Shown: piece after piece, positions 21,825 through 31,890 of the stretch | Numbering within the stretch: the first letter of the stretch is position 1 | How the letters are laid out: every line of letters starts with the position of its first letter | NCBI GenBank assembly: GCA_021825655.1 | Contig: JAKAGU010000003.1 | Coordinates: 12,014 to 76,013 of the forward strand | Reading direction: 5' to 3' | DNA from: a bacterium | Lineage (GTDB): Bacteria > Patescibacteriota > Doudnabacteria > UBA920 | DNA length: 64,000 bases | Notes under the pieces: generated by a model | Seen by the model: the letters and a program-made list of their open reading frames with translations, nothing else | What the model was told of the DNA's origin: nothing | Database searches by the model: none | Position numbers and translations under genes: made by a program

Positions 21825-22433
21825 TTATATTTCCCGGCGGCCTTCCATGGCCCGAGTCAGGGTAATATCGTCCGCGTATTCCAAATCGCCACCCATAGGC
21901 AGGCCGCGGGCGATTCTGGTAATTACGAGCTGAGGGAATTGCTGCTTGAGGATTTTCTGCAGATGCATGGCCGTGGTTTCGCCTTCCAAAGAAGGATTGG
22001 TGGCAATTATAATTTCCCTGACCGCGTCCGGTCTGCTTACACGGGCCACCAAAGAATCAATTTTCAAATGTTCCGGACCCACGCCCTCCAAAGGGTTTAG
22101 CACGCCGCCCAAGACATGGAACACACCCTTAAAATTTCCGGTCTTATCTATGGCCAAGGCATCCAGCGGTTCTTCCACCACGCAAATCAGGCCCTGGTCG
22201 CGCCGTTCATCCGTGCATACGGAGCAAGGATCCGTTTCCACCATGTTGTGGCAAATGCTGCAAAAAGTCACGTTCTGTTTCAGATTAGCCACGGCGCCAG
22301 ACAGGGATTCCAAATCCAGGCTGTCTTTTTTCAGCAGATAAAACGCCAGGCGCTGGGCGGTCTTGGGGCCGATGCCAGGCAAACGGGAAAACTCGTTGAT
22401 AAGTTTTTGAATGGAGGAGGGGAGGCGGGTCAT
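21825..22433 (-). CDS. recR: recombination mediator RecR
   Basis: LPGIGPKTAQRL, C4 zinc finger, ICVVE, ATNPSLEGE, GGDLEYAD. Confidence 0.97.
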   Translation of the reverse strand: MTRLPSSIQKLINEFSRLPGIGPKTAQRLAFYLLKKDSLDLESLSGAVANLKQNVTFCSICHNMVETDPCSVCTDERRDQGLICVVEEPLDALAIDKTGNFKGVFHVLGGVLNPLEGVGPEHLKIDSLVARVSRPDAVREIIIATNPSLEGETTAMHLQKILKQQFPQLVITRIARGLPMGGDLEYADDITLTRAMEGRREI

Positions 22434-22437
22434 GGGC

Positions 22438-23832
22438 TTAAACTTCTTCGGGGTTAAGCTGGTTTAAAGAACTCATTACGGCCTGGGGGCTGATGTCGAA
22501 AGTCTTGTCCAAATTCTTAAAGCTGGTTTTGTCCGCGTCAAAGAACAAATCCACCTCGCCGGTCGGGCCGTTGCGGTGCTTTTTAATATGGATTTCGGCA
22601 ATATTGGGCCGGCGGGAATCCTTGCCTTTATACATGTCTTCGCGGTAAATAAACATCACCACGTCCGCATCCTGTTCAATGGAACCGGACTCGCGCAAGT
22701 CCGCCAATTGTGGCACCTTGTCCGGGCGGTTTTCCACGCCGCGGGAAAGCTGGGACAGGGCAATCACGGGGATGTTCAGCTCGCGGGCCAAAATTTTCAG
22801 GCTCCGGGAAATTTCGGAAACTTCCTGCACGCGGTTGTCCGTATTTTTGCCGGACATCAGCTGTAAATAGTCAATCACCAGCATGCCGACATTGTGCTCC
22901 ATGTGGAGGCGCCGCGCCTTGGTGCGGACTTCCATTACGCTGCTGCCGGCCGCGTCGTCAATAAATATCGGGGCCTCGGACAGCACGCCCATGGCTTCGC
23001 CGATTTTTTCAAAATCCTCGTCGTTCAAATGCCCGGTGCGGATTTTCCACAAATTCACGTCGCTCTGCGCGGACAGCAAGCGGTCGACCAGCTGGTCTTT
23101 GCTCATTTCCAAAGAAAATATTCCCACCGGCACTTTGGAAGTAACACCCACGTGGCGGATAATATCCAGGGCCAAAGAAGTTTTTCCCATAGAAGGCCGC
23201 GCCGCCAGAATAATCAAGTCGGACTTCTGCATGCCGCCCAGCTTCTGGTCCAAATCCACAAAGCCCGTAGCTACGCCCCTAAGCTTGCCCTGGTCGCGGT
23301 GTAACTCGTCAATGCGCTCAAAAGTCGCGGACAAAATGTTGTTAATGGAAACGAAATTCTGCTTCAAGTGCTTTTGGGATACGCCAAAAATCTGGGTTTC
23401 GGCCTTATCCAAAATCTGTTCAATTTCGGCGTCCTCGTCGTACGCCAGATTGTTGATTTCCCCGGCCGTGGAAATCAACCGCCTGAGCGTGCCTTTTTTC
23501 CTGACAATAAAAGCATAGTGGACCACATTGGCGGCCGAAGGCACGGAATTAATAAGTTCCGTGAGGTAGCTGCCCCCGCCGACCTTGTCCAAGGCCTTTC
23601 TTTCTTCCAGGGCATTAGTCACGGTCAAAATATCAATCGAAACGCTTTTGGCAAACAGGGACTGCATAGCCTCGTAAATCAGCCGGTTGCGGTTGTCGTA
23701 AAAATCGTCCGGGGATATTACGTCGGCAATCTTAATAATTGCGTCTTTATCGAGCATGAGCGAGCCCAAAACCGAGACCTCGGCTTCGGGCGACTGGGGC
23801 GGCAAGCGGACTGCAGTTTGGTTGTCTGCCAT
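22438..23832 (-). CDS. dnaB: replicative DNA helicase
   Basis: PPQS.EAE..VLG, AARPSMGKT, IDYLQL, LSQLSR, DLRESGSIEQDAD, KHRNGPTG; no intein. Confidence 0.97.
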   Translation of the reverse strand: MADNQTAVRLPPQSPEAEVSVLGSLMLDKDAIIKIADVISPDDFYDNRNRLIYEAMQSLFAKSVSIDILTVTNALEERKALDKVGGGSYLTELINSVPSAANVVHYAFIVRKKGTLRRLISTAGEINNLAYDEDAEIEQILDKAETQIFGVSQKHLKQNFVSINNILSATFERIDELHRDQGKLRGVATGFVDLDQKLGGMQKSDLIILAARPSMGKTSLALDIIRHVGVTSKVPVGIFSLEMSKDQLVDRLLSAQSDVNLWKIRTGHLNDEDFEKIGEAMGVLSEAPIFIDDAAGSSVMEVRTKARRLHMEHNVGMLVIDYLQLMSGKNTDNRVQEVSEISRSLKILARELNIPVIALSQLSRGVENRPDKVPQLADLRESGSIEQDADVVMFIYREDMYKGKDSRRPNIAEIHIKKHRNGPTGEVDLFFDADKTSFKNLDKTFDISPQAVMSSLNQLNPEEV

Positions 23833-23962
23833 ATTGGGAAAATTCTTAGTTTTAAATCAGGTTGCCTACTCATTATAGCCTAATCGCCAAAAACTAAAAA
23901 TAGCGTAAAAGGCCCTGTTTTCAGCCTGTTTGTGGGTATTCGGTAGATTAACGGTGGACAAC

Positions 23963-23989
23963 AAAACAGCCCCTACAAGGGGCTGTTTT
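23963..23989 (-). terminator. intrinsic terminator after cysS
   Basis: AAAACAGCCCCT-ACA-AGGGGCTGTTTT. Confidence 0.7.
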
Positions 23990-24013
23990 AAGCGTTTTAA
24001 GGCACTTTTTGGG

Positions 24014-25435
24014 CTAAAGACTGATTTTCCGCTTGATTTTCTGGCCTTCGGGGGTATCAAGCACCTCATAACCCAGCTCTTCAATCTGCTTCCTTAGCTC
24101 GTCGGACTTGGCAAAATCTTTTTTTTGCCTGGCGTGCTCGCGGGCCTGTTTCAATTTTTCAACATCTTCAGTCAAAACCAAGGTGTCCTTTATGTTTTTT
24201 ACCTCCTCGAGCCTCAAGCCAAAAATTCTATCAAACTGCATCAATAAATCAAATTTTTGCGAACCACTGATTTCTGAACCCAACATCTCCCAAGCGACTG
24301 CCAAAGCCTGTGTGATGTTTAAATCATCGCTAATTGCATTGGCAAACTTTATACCAAACTCGGTAGCTCTGGTTGCGCTTGTATCCAAAGTTACAATTTT
24401 ATTACCAACCAACAGCTCTTTAGCTTTTAATGTCAAATTATATCTGGCATTTTTAGCTGCATGCAAACCCTCCCAAGTAAAATTCAATTGCGTTCGATAA
24501 TGAGCCTGCAGGCACATATAGCGGTAATCGAGAGGGGAAAAGCCTTTTTCTTTCAGAGTATCCAAAGTAATAAAATTACCCTCGCTCTTGCCCATGCGCC
24601 CGCTGTCCACCAGCAAAAATTCGCCGTGCATCCACATATTGGCCAAAGGCAGGCCGAACGCGGCTTCGGACTGGGCGATTTCATTGGTGTGGTGCGTGCC
24701 AATATGGTCCACGCCGCCGCAGTGAATATCGAAAGGCTGGCCTAAAATTTTCCGGGAGATGGCGGAGCATTCAATGTGCCAACCGGGAAAACCTTCGCCC
24801 CAGGGCGACGCCCAGTGCAAAATATGGTTTTCGTATTTGCCTTTCAGAAAAAACCACAAGGCAAAATCCGCGGGATGTTTTTTGTCCGGGTCCAGCACCA
24901 CTTCCTCCCGCGCGCCGCTCTTTTTTTCCGAAAGTTTTTGCCCCGAAAGCTTGCCATAATCCGCCAGCTTAGAGGTATCAAAATAAATAGCCTTCTCGCC
25001 TATGTAGGTAAAACCCTTTTGTTCCAAAGTTTTAATTATTTCCACCTGTTCGGGGATAGCCTGGGTGGCAGGCAGGACAGTATCGGGCCTAAGGATGTTT
25101 AACGCGTCCGTGTCCTGAAAAAACTTTTCCTTATAAAACTTGGCAATGTCCAAAGGGTTTTTGCCTTCGCGTTTGGCGCCCACTTCCAGCTTATCTTCGC
25201 CTTCATCGCCATCGCCAACCAAGTGTCCAACATCCGTAATGTTCATGGCATGCTTAACCTGAAAACCTTCGTAAAGCAAGGCGCGCTTCAGCAAGTCTTC
25301 AAAAATATAGGTTCGCAAATTGCCAATGTGGGCGTAGTTGTAAACCGTGGGCCCGCAGGTATAAAGGTTCACGTGGCCTGGGTTGATGGGTTTAAGCTCT
25401 TCAGTTTTCTTGGTTAAGGTGTTGTATAGTTTCAT
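24014..25435 (-). CDS. cysS: cysteinyl-tRNA synthetase
   Basis: YTCGPTVY, HIGN, DFALW, PGWHIECS, HHTNE, RMGKS (KMSKS variant). Confidence 0.96.
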   Translation of the reverse strand: MKLYNTLTKKTEELKPINPGHVNLYTCGPTVYNYAHIGNLRTYIFEDLLKRALLYEGFQVKHAMNITDVGHLVGDGDEGEDKLEVGAKREGKNPLDIAKFYKEKFFQDTDALNILRPDTVLPATQAIPEQVEIIKTLEQKGFTYIGEKAIYFDTSKLADYGKLSGQKLSEKKSGAREEVVLDPDKKHPADFALWFFLKGKYENHILHWASPWGEGFPGWHIECSAISRKILGQPFDIHCGGVDHIGTHHTNEIAQSEAAFGLPLANMWMHGEFLLVDSGRMGKSEGNFITLDTLKEKGFSPLDYRYMCLQAHYRTQLNFTWEGLHAAKNARYNLTLKAKELLVGNKIVTLDTSATRATEFGIKFANAISDDLNITQALAVAWEMLGSEISGSQKFDLLMQFDRIFGLRLEEVKNIKDTLVLTEDVEKLKQAREHARQKKDFAKSDELRKQIEELGYEVLDTPEGQKIKRKISL

Positions 25436-25496
25436 AGGCTAATTCTACCAAAAAACCCGGGAAATAAAAAACCGCCCGGCAAAAAGCCTGGCGGTC

Positions 25497-27204
25497 TTAG
25501 CTCATCATTTTAAGATGGCCTTCGCGCAGGCGCTTAAGCCCGCGGAAAGAATGGTCGTCTTCCAAAATCTTGGCCAGATGCAAGCCGCTCATAAAATGCG
25601 GCGAAATGACGTAGTCGATATTCTGGTTATACAAGTATTTAATTTCTTCCTCATCCTGGGCAATGAAAATAAGTTTGGGACGTCGCTTCTTGCCCGCATT
25701 CAGCTTTTTTACCGCGTCCAACAGGGCAAGGTTGTCGTTTAAATCCGGCACCGTGGAAATAATCAGCTTGGCATCGGACAGGTTTACCTGGTCCTGGATG
25801 TAGGTATCCGTAATGTCGCCGCACACCGCTTTGAGCCCCTCTTCCAAATATTTTTCCACCACCTCGGGGTTAAAATCCACTAGCACAAACGGCTGGCGGG
25901 TTTTGGATAAAGTTGCTATCAGGTGCCGGCCCATGCGGTGCCCGCCCACAATGATAACGTGGTTCTTGAGCACGGTTACATCCATATTTTTTTCCGCGCT
26001 GCCTTTGAAAAAATCCAAGTGCTTTAACATTGGCCTCAGCCAGTCGTACAGTTTGGCCGAATTCATTACCATGTAAGACGAGAGGGCGAAAGTAATGATA
26101 CCGATAAAAGTCACCATGGAAACCTGGGCGCGGCTTAAAATTCCCAACTTGTGGCCCAACGCCACGAGAATCAGGCTAAATTCGGAAATCTGCGCCACGG
26201 TCACGCCGGCAAAGAATCCGGTCCTGGGCTTATAGCCCTGCAGGGCCAAAAGCAGCATGACAATGAGCGGGTTGCCCAAAAGCACAAAGACCGAAACCGC
26301 TATGGCGGGAACCACCATGCTGCCGAAATCGCCAAAACCCAAACCGGAACCCAGGACAATGAAAAAAATAATAATGAAAAAATCCCTGAGAGGCTTGATG
26401 CGAGCGCTGATTTCGTAATGCACCGCGCTGCGCGCCAAAGCCAGGCCCGCCAGAAACCCGCCAATCTCCAAAGAAAAACCCACTACCGGCAGGGAAACGA
26501 AGGCGGCCAGACCCAAAGCCCAGGCCAGGGAAAAAATCAGCAGCAATTCTTCCGATTTGCCAATAATATGCACGGCTTTGGGAAAAACCTTGGCCGACAT
26601 CCAGGCCACAAACAAAATAAGTATCAACGCCCGTACCAGGGTAAACATCACGTTTTGCCAGATTGGCAGGCCGCTATACAGGCTGGCGGTTTCCGAAGAT
26701 ACGCTGGCCAGGGCCAGCAGAATCAGCACTGCAACAAAGTCCTGCATTAAAAAAACGCCAACCACAATTTTGCCGTACAGACTTTGTAATTCCTTCTTTT
26801 CGGTGAGCAGCTTGACAATAATAATGGTGGAGGCAAAAGTCAGGGCAGGCGCCATAAACAGGGAGGAGGCGGGCGAAAAATGCAGAGCGCGCAAAAGCGC
26901 ATAACCCAGCACGCTGGTAAACACAATCTGGCCCGCGCCTGTCAGCAGCGCGGTCTTGCCAATTTTTTTCAGCTGGGTGACATCCAATTCCAAGCCCACC
27001 ATGAACAGCAGCAGGGTAATGCCAATTTGCGAAAGGCTCTGCAAGGTTTCCCCCCATATGCAGGCGGTAATATCCAAAAGACCCCAAAATAACGCCTGTA
27101 AGAATGTAGGCAATAATGCTGGGCTGCTTGAGCAGGCTAATGATAAAAGCCACCAGGCCCGCCAAGATTAAAACGATTGTAAGTTCAAAAAATAAATTTT
27201 CCAC
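25497..27204 (-). pseudogene. CPA2 cation:proton antiporter (KefB/KefC-like with TrkA-N domain), split by a 1-nt frameshift in a G6 run at 27050-27055
   Basis: The N-terminus MENLFFEL...KQPSIIAYILTG lies in ORF 26674..27204, and the remainder ETLQSLSQIGITLLLFMVGLE... in ORF 25497..27113. Deleting one G from ATGGGGGGAAAC restores M-G-E-T-L-Q. Confidence 0.8.
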
Positions 27205-27303
27205 GAACTTTTTTTGTTTCTTAAACTGGGCTGTTTAAATTATTATACCATAATTTGAAGCCAAACCAAATTTCCTGTATAATTATCGTATTAACCCAAA
27301 TTT

Positions 27304-27876
27304 ATGGAACTCAATACGATTTTTTTCATCGGTCCCCAGGGCAGCGGCAAAGGCACCCAGGCCAAAATGCTCGCCTCCAAACTTGGCTTTTTTTACTGGG
27401 AAATGGGCGGCATCCTGAGGCAGGTGGCGCAAGAAGAGACCGAGCTGGGTAAAAAAATCAAAGGCTTGATTGACCAGGGCATTTTGCTTTCCGACGACCA
27501 GATTTACGAGGTCGTTAATTCCCGCTTTACCCAAATACCCAAAGACAAAGGCGTAATTTTTGACGGCATTCCCAGGCGTTTGGGCCAAGCCCAATTTTTG
27601 ATGGATTTTTTGAAAAAACAGGGCAGAAAAAATTTTGTGACGCTTTACATCAACCTGCCCAAGGAAGAAACTTTTAAAAGGCTGAAACTGCGGGCGGAAA
27701 AGGAAGGCCGCGCGGACGATACCCAGGAAGCAATCGAACTCAGGCTCAAGCAATACACTGAAGCCACCTTGCCGGTCCTGGACTATCTGAACCAGGAAAC
27801 CTCTTTTTTTGAAATTGATGGCACGCCAGCCATAGAAAAGGTCAGCGCCAAAATTAATGAAGCCCTGGGTATTTAA
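27304..27876 (+). CDS. adk: adenylate kinase (short, LID-less)
   Basis: GPQGSGKGTQA, MG.ILR, DGIPR..QA, GRADD. Confidence 0.9.
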   Translation: MELNTIFFIGPQGSGKGTQAKMLASKLGFFYWEMGGILRQVAQEETELGKKIKGLIDQGILLSDDQIYEVVNSRFTQIPKDKGVIFDGIPRRLGQAQFLMDFLKKQGRKNFVTLYINLPKEETFKRLKLRAEKEGRADDTQEAIELRLKQYTEATLPVLDYLNQETSFFEIDGTPAIEKVSAKINEALGI

Positions 27877-28491
27877 ATGAAGCAGCCGCCTCTGAACATC
27901 ATACTGCTCGGCGATCCGGCCTCGGGCAAAGCAACGCACGGGGCTTTTATTGCGCAGAAGTACGGCATGTATGATTTGGATATGGGGCGGGAACTCAGGG
28001 CGATTGCCAAAAATCCGGGTCTGCGGAAAAAATATCGGCTGGACGAAACTTTGGAAAAAGGCAAGCTTACACCCACGAAAATTGTCAGGCAGATTCTGCG
28101 CGACCGCATTCACGCGGTGCCGAAAAACCAGGGCCTGCTTTTAAACGGCACGCCCAAAATGATTGGCGAGGCCAAGCTGGTGGCCAAATGGCTTAAGGAA
28201 GAAAACCGTGGCAATCCTTTATTTGTTTATATTTCCATCCCGCTGGCCGAAACCATCCGCCGCATGACCAGCCGCAAGGAATATTTTAAGGGCAAATTCA
28301 GCAAACGGCCGGATGATAACAACCAGGCCCTAAAAAACCGCATTGCCTACTACAAAAAAAATATCACCGAAGTCGTAAAGTTTTTTAAAACCCGATACCA
28401 GTTCAAAAAAATTTCCAGCCTGGGCACGATTGCCGGGGCCCGGAAAAAAATCCTAACTATGCTGGAGCACTATGAAAAAAGGGGCCGTTAA
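27877..28491 (+). CDS. second adenylate-kinase-family nucleoside monophosphate kinase (divergent)
   Basis: GDPASGKATHG P-loop, NGTPK in place of DGxPR, RPDD. Confidence 0.82.
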   Translation: MKQPPLNIILLGDPASGKATHGAFIAQKYGMYDLDMGRELRAIAKNPGLRKKYRLDETLEKGKLTPTKIVRQILRDRIHAVPKNQGLLLNGTPKMIGEAKLVAKWLKEENRGNPLFVYISIPLAETIRRMTSRKEYFKGKFSKRPDDNNQALKNRIAYYKKNITEVVKFFKTRYQFKKISSLGTIAGARKKILTMLEHYEKRGR

Positions 28492-29233
28492 AACCCGGGA
28501 AGAAATTAGCCTGATTGCCGAGGGCGGCACAATCCTCCACGACATCCTCTACCGCACGGCGGCGCTTGCCAAGCCGGGCGTTTCCACCTGGGAACTGAAT
28601 GAATTTGCGGAAACCGAAATTGCCAAAGCCGGCGGCAGGCCGAGCTTTAAAGGCTACGGCGGCAAAAAAAACCCCTACCCAGCCGGCCTGTGCACCTCGG
28701 TCAACAGCGAAGTCGTGCACGGCATCCCCTCCAAAAAGACACTTTTAAAAGACGGGGACATTGTGGGCCTTGATATTGGCATGGAATACAAGGAGCTATT
28801 TACTGACACGGCCATCACCGTACCCATTGGCAAAGTTTCTGCACTGGCGGAAAAACTTTTGGAAGCCACTCAAAAATCTTTGAACGCGGCCATCAAGCAG
28901 GCCAAACCCGGCAACCGCATAGGCGATATCAGCTTTGCCATTCAATCCACTGCCGAGGCCGCGGGTTTTTCCGTAGTGCGCGATTTGGTCGGCCATGGCG
29001 TGGGTTACGATGTTCACGAAGACCCGTCCGTGCCGTGCTACGGGAAAAAGGGGACGGGGCAGGTTTTAAAAACCGGCATGGTGCTGGCTATTGAGCCCAT
29101 GCTCTGCGAGCACGAATATTTTGTAGATTTCGATAAGGACGGCTGGACTATCCGCACCAAAGACGGAGGACTTTCCGCCCATTTTGAACACACCATTGCC
29201 ATTACCGAATACGGCGCAAGAATTCTCACTTGA
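28472..29233 (+). CDS. map: methionine aminopeptidase type I
   Basis: CTSVN.EVVHGIP, DIG, TDTA, GHGVG..VHEDP, IEPM, SAHFEHT. Confidence 0.97.
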   Translation: MKKGAVKTREEISLIAEGGTILHDILYRTAALAKPGVSTWELNEFAETEIAKAGGRPSFKGYGGKKNPYPAGLCTSVNSEVVHGIPSKKTLLKDGDIVGLDIGMEYKELFTDTAITVPIGKVSALAEKLLEATQKSLNAAIKQAKPGNRIGDISFAIQSTAEAAGFSVVRDLVGHGVGYDVHEDPSVPCYGKKGTGQVLKTGMVLAIEPMLCEHEYFVDFDKDGWTIRTKDGGLSAHFEHTIAITEYGARILT

Positions 29234-29249
29234 AAATCAAATCTTTTTA

Positions 29250-29281
29250 AAAGAATGCTTAAACTTAAGCATTCTTTTTTT
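29250..29281 (+). terminator. intrinsic terminator after map
   Basis: AAGAATGCTTAA / TTAAGCATTCTT followed by a T-tract. Confidence 0.7.
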
Positions 29282-29375
29282 ATTATTTACGTCTTGACAA
29301 AATATCAATTTTATGCTTAAATAACAGCACCATTCGGAAGACCGGGTGGATTCCAAGTCCAAGGGAGGACTGTAA

Positions 29376-30023
29376 TTGCATAAACAATGTGTGTTGTTGT
29401 TAGTGGTACTGCTGGCGGCCAGCATGGCAGCGCAAGCGGGCACCATCACTTTCGGTTCCGATCTTACGGACGAGTACAACCTTCACAATCTCGTCTACGG
29501 GTCGAACCAGTTCATCATCCCGGATCCGGCGTGGGCACCGCAGCTGCCGCACGGCAGCTGGATCAGCTACGCCAATACGGGTGACGGCGCGGGCGCGATT
29601 TCGCCGCCCAACACGACCATCCCCGGACCGGCCACCGCAGTCTTTTTCGAAGTTCTGCCGGTCGGCACCTACCTGGCTTCCTTGAACATCTTCGCGGATG
29701 ACACCGCAGGGGTTTTCCTGGAAGACGCGAGCAATCCGTACGGTTTGCTGCTGAAAGCGCCGAACCCAGTACAAGACGGACACTGTGCAGCCGGGCAGAT
29801 TGGCTGCGAAGTGAACGAGAACTGGACAGGCAGCTTTGCGGTAGACCCCAGCGGTTCTTCCCGCTTGCGCATCGAAGCGTATCAGCGCGGGGGCGGGCCC
29901 TTCGGGGTCATGTACCAAGGCACGGCCTCGACCGTGCCGGAACCTGCCAGCTATCTGCTGCTCGGCAGCAGCCTCGTGATTCTCGGCGGCATCCGCAAGT
30001 GGCGGACGCGCAGCCAAAACTAA
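29376..30023 (+). CDS. secreted PEP-CTERM sorting-domain protein
   Basis: Signal peptide (LLLVVLLAASMAAQA); C-terminal VPEPASYLLLGSSLVILGGIRKWRTR; GGGAGG SD before a TTG start; GC-rich relative to neighbours. Confidence 0.88.
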   Translation: MHKQCVLLLVVLLAASMAAQAGTITFGSDLTDEYNLHNLVYGSNQFIIPDPAWAPQLPHGSWISYANTGDGAGAISPPNTTIPGPATAVFFEVLPVGTYLASLNIFADDTAGVFLEDASNPYGLLLKAPNPVQDGHCAAGQIGCEVNENWTGSFAVDPSGSSRLRIEAYQRGGGPFGVMYQGTASTVPEPASYLLLGSSLVILGGIRKWRTRSQN

Positions 30024-30042
30024 CAACACAGCAGTTCAAGAC

Positions 30043-30076
30043 AAAAGCGGGCACCCCAGGAGGAGTGCCCGCTTTT
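30043..30076. terminator. bidirectional terminator (PEP-CTERM gene / thrS)
   Basis: AAAAGCGGGCAC / GTGCCCGCTTTT hairpin. Confidence 0.8.
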
Positions 30077-30086
30077 CCAATATATA

Positions 30087-31886
30087 TTATTTTTTTTCTA
30101 TAACTTGCTTTTGCAATTTTTCTGCAAAAGCTTCCAGGCTCATTTGCCCCAAGTCTTCGCCTTCGCGGGTACGCACGCTAAGCATTCCGGCATCCGCTTC
30201 CTTTTGGCCTAAAATAATCTGATAGGGAATTTTTTGCATGGTGGCTTCGCGGATTTTTTTTCCAATCGACTCGTCTCGGGCATCCACTTCCATGCGCAAG
30301 CTTGCGTTAACAGCCAGGAGTCTGTCTTTTATTTCTCCGGCAAAAGCTGCCTGGTTTTCCGAAATCGGCAAAATACTGACTTGGACAGGCGAAAGCCATA
30401 ACGGAAAGGCTCCTGCATAGTGTTCAATCAGGATGGCCAAAAACCTTTCAAAAGAACCCAGCAAAGCGCGGTGGATGACAATCGGCGTTTTACGGCTGCT
30501 GTCGGGCGCCACGTATTCCAAACCGAAACGCTGGGGCATCTGGAAATCCAGCTGGATAGTCGCCAGCTGCCATTTCCTGCCCAAGGCATCCCGAATGCGC
30601 ATGTCGATTTTTGGCCCGTAAAATGCGCCGTCTCCGGCGTTAATCTCGTACTGCCAGCCCGCTTTTTTCAAAGCTTCCGCCAGCGCCGCTTCCGCCGTAT
30701 CCCATTCCTCTTTGGTGCCTAAAGATTTTTCAGGTTTGGTGGAAAGGGCCACGTCTTCCACCCGCATGTCAAAGACCGCATAGATTTTCTGAATGCGCGA
30801 CAATAACTCCGCTACCTCGTCCGCTACCTGTTCCGGGGCCAGGAAAATATGGCAGTCATCCTGGGCAAAAGCCCTTACCCGAGTCAGGCCGGACAGGGTG
30901 CCGGAAAGTTCGTTTCGGTAAAGTGTGGACATTTCCGCGTACCGCAAGGGCAAGTCCCGGTAAGAATACAAGCCCTGCTTAAACAGCAGCATATGGCCCG
31001 GACAGTTCATGGGCTTTAGGCCAAAAGTGCGGCCTTCGCTCTCCAGGGTAAACATATCGTCCTTGTAGTGTTCCCAGTGACCGGAAGTTTTGAACAGCTC
31101 CGAATCGAAAAGCTGCGGCAAGCGCACTTCGCTGTAACCCGGGCCATAAGAAACGGAGCGGACAAATTTTTCCAGTTCGTTTCTGACAATGCTGCCTTTG
31201 GGTAAATAGAAGGGAATCCCTGGGGCGTACTCATGGAACATAAACAAGTCAAGCTTGGGCCCCAAACTTCTGTGGTCGCGTTTTTCGGCTTCTTCCACCA
31301 TTTTTAAGTAGGCTTCCAGCTCTTCTTTGCTTTCAAAAGCCAACCCGTATATGCGCTGCATTTGCGGATTTTTCTGGTCGCCGCGCCAATAGGCGCCGGA
31401 GAACCTGTCAAGCTTAAACGCATCGGCCTTAATCTCCGAAGTGCTCTCCACGTGCCCGCCCCGGCATAAATCCACAAACTTGCCGGTTTTATACAAAGAT
31501 ACGCTTTCCACTTTTTTCTCCGCAGCCCCAGGCTTGCCGGCTTGGCCTTCTATTTGGTCCATTTCCGTGGTGCCGAATTTTTCAATATCCTCAATCAGCT
31601 CCACTTTGAAAGTCTGTTTTGCATTCCTAAAAAAATCCTTGGCCTCGCCAGTGGACATTTCCTGGCGCTCAAACGGCAGTTTCTGCCTGACCAGTTCGCG
31701 CATGCGCTTTTCAATCTTTTTCAAATCTTCCGGGGTAATGGGGCGGGGGAGAAGAAAGTCATAGTAAAAACCGTTCTCAATGACCGGACCAACGCCCAAG
31801 TTTGCCTGCGGGAACATTTCCACGACAGCGGAGGCCAGAATGTGGGCCAAAGAATGGCGGATGTGGTGCAGTTTTTCGTTTTCCAT
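30087..31886 (-). CDS. thrS: threonyl-tRNA synthetase (lacking N-terminal TGS domain)
   Basis: RHSLAH, DLCRGGH, KRDHR, SGHW, KPMNCPGH, LTRVR.F.QDDCH, GAFYGPKID, IHRALLGS.ERF. Confidence 0.97.
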   Translation of the reverse strand: MENEKLHHIRHSLAHILASAVVEMFPQANLGVGPVIENGFYYDFLLPRPITPEDLKKIEKRMRELVRQKLPFERQEMSTGEAKDFFRNAKQTFKVELIEDIEKFGTTEMDQIEGQAGKPGAAEKKVESVSLYKTGKFVDLCRGGHVESTSEIKADAFKLDRFSGAYWRGDQKNPQMQRIYGLAFESKEELEAYLKMVEEAEKRDHRSLGPKLDLFMFHEYAPGIPFYLPKGSIVRNELEKFVRSVSYGPGYSEVRLPQLFDSELFKTSGHWEHYKDDMFTLESEGRTFGLKPMNCPGHMLLFKQGLYSYRDLPLRYAEMSTLYRNELSGTLSGLTRVRAFAQDDCHIFLAPEQVADEVAELLSRIQKIYAVFDMRVEDVALSTKPEKSLGTKEEWDTAEAALAEALKKAGWQYEINAGDGAFYGPKIDMRIRDALGRKWQLATIQLDFQMPQRFGLEYVAPDSSRKTPIVIHRALLGSFERFLAILIEHYAGAFPLWLSPVQVSILPISENQAAFAGEIKDRLLAVNASLRMEVDARDESIGKKIREATMQKIPYQIILGQKEADAGMLSVRTREGEDLGQMSLEAFAEKLQKQVIEKK

Positions 31887-31890
31887 ATGT

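Noticed and set aside
23930-23962. DnaA-box-like words upstream of dnaB (and TTGTCCACA at about 33039) as oriC
   Set aside because: Only one or two imperfect boxes at each site, with no cluster, unwinding element or dnaA gene nearby.
27046-27052. G_GGA_AAC slippery heptamer at the antiporter frameshift
   Set aside because: That heptamer promotes -1 shifting, but joining the two ORFs needs +1 (their offset is 91 nt).
27283-28113. 276-aa minus-strand ORF
   Set aside because: Antisense shadow of the adk pair.
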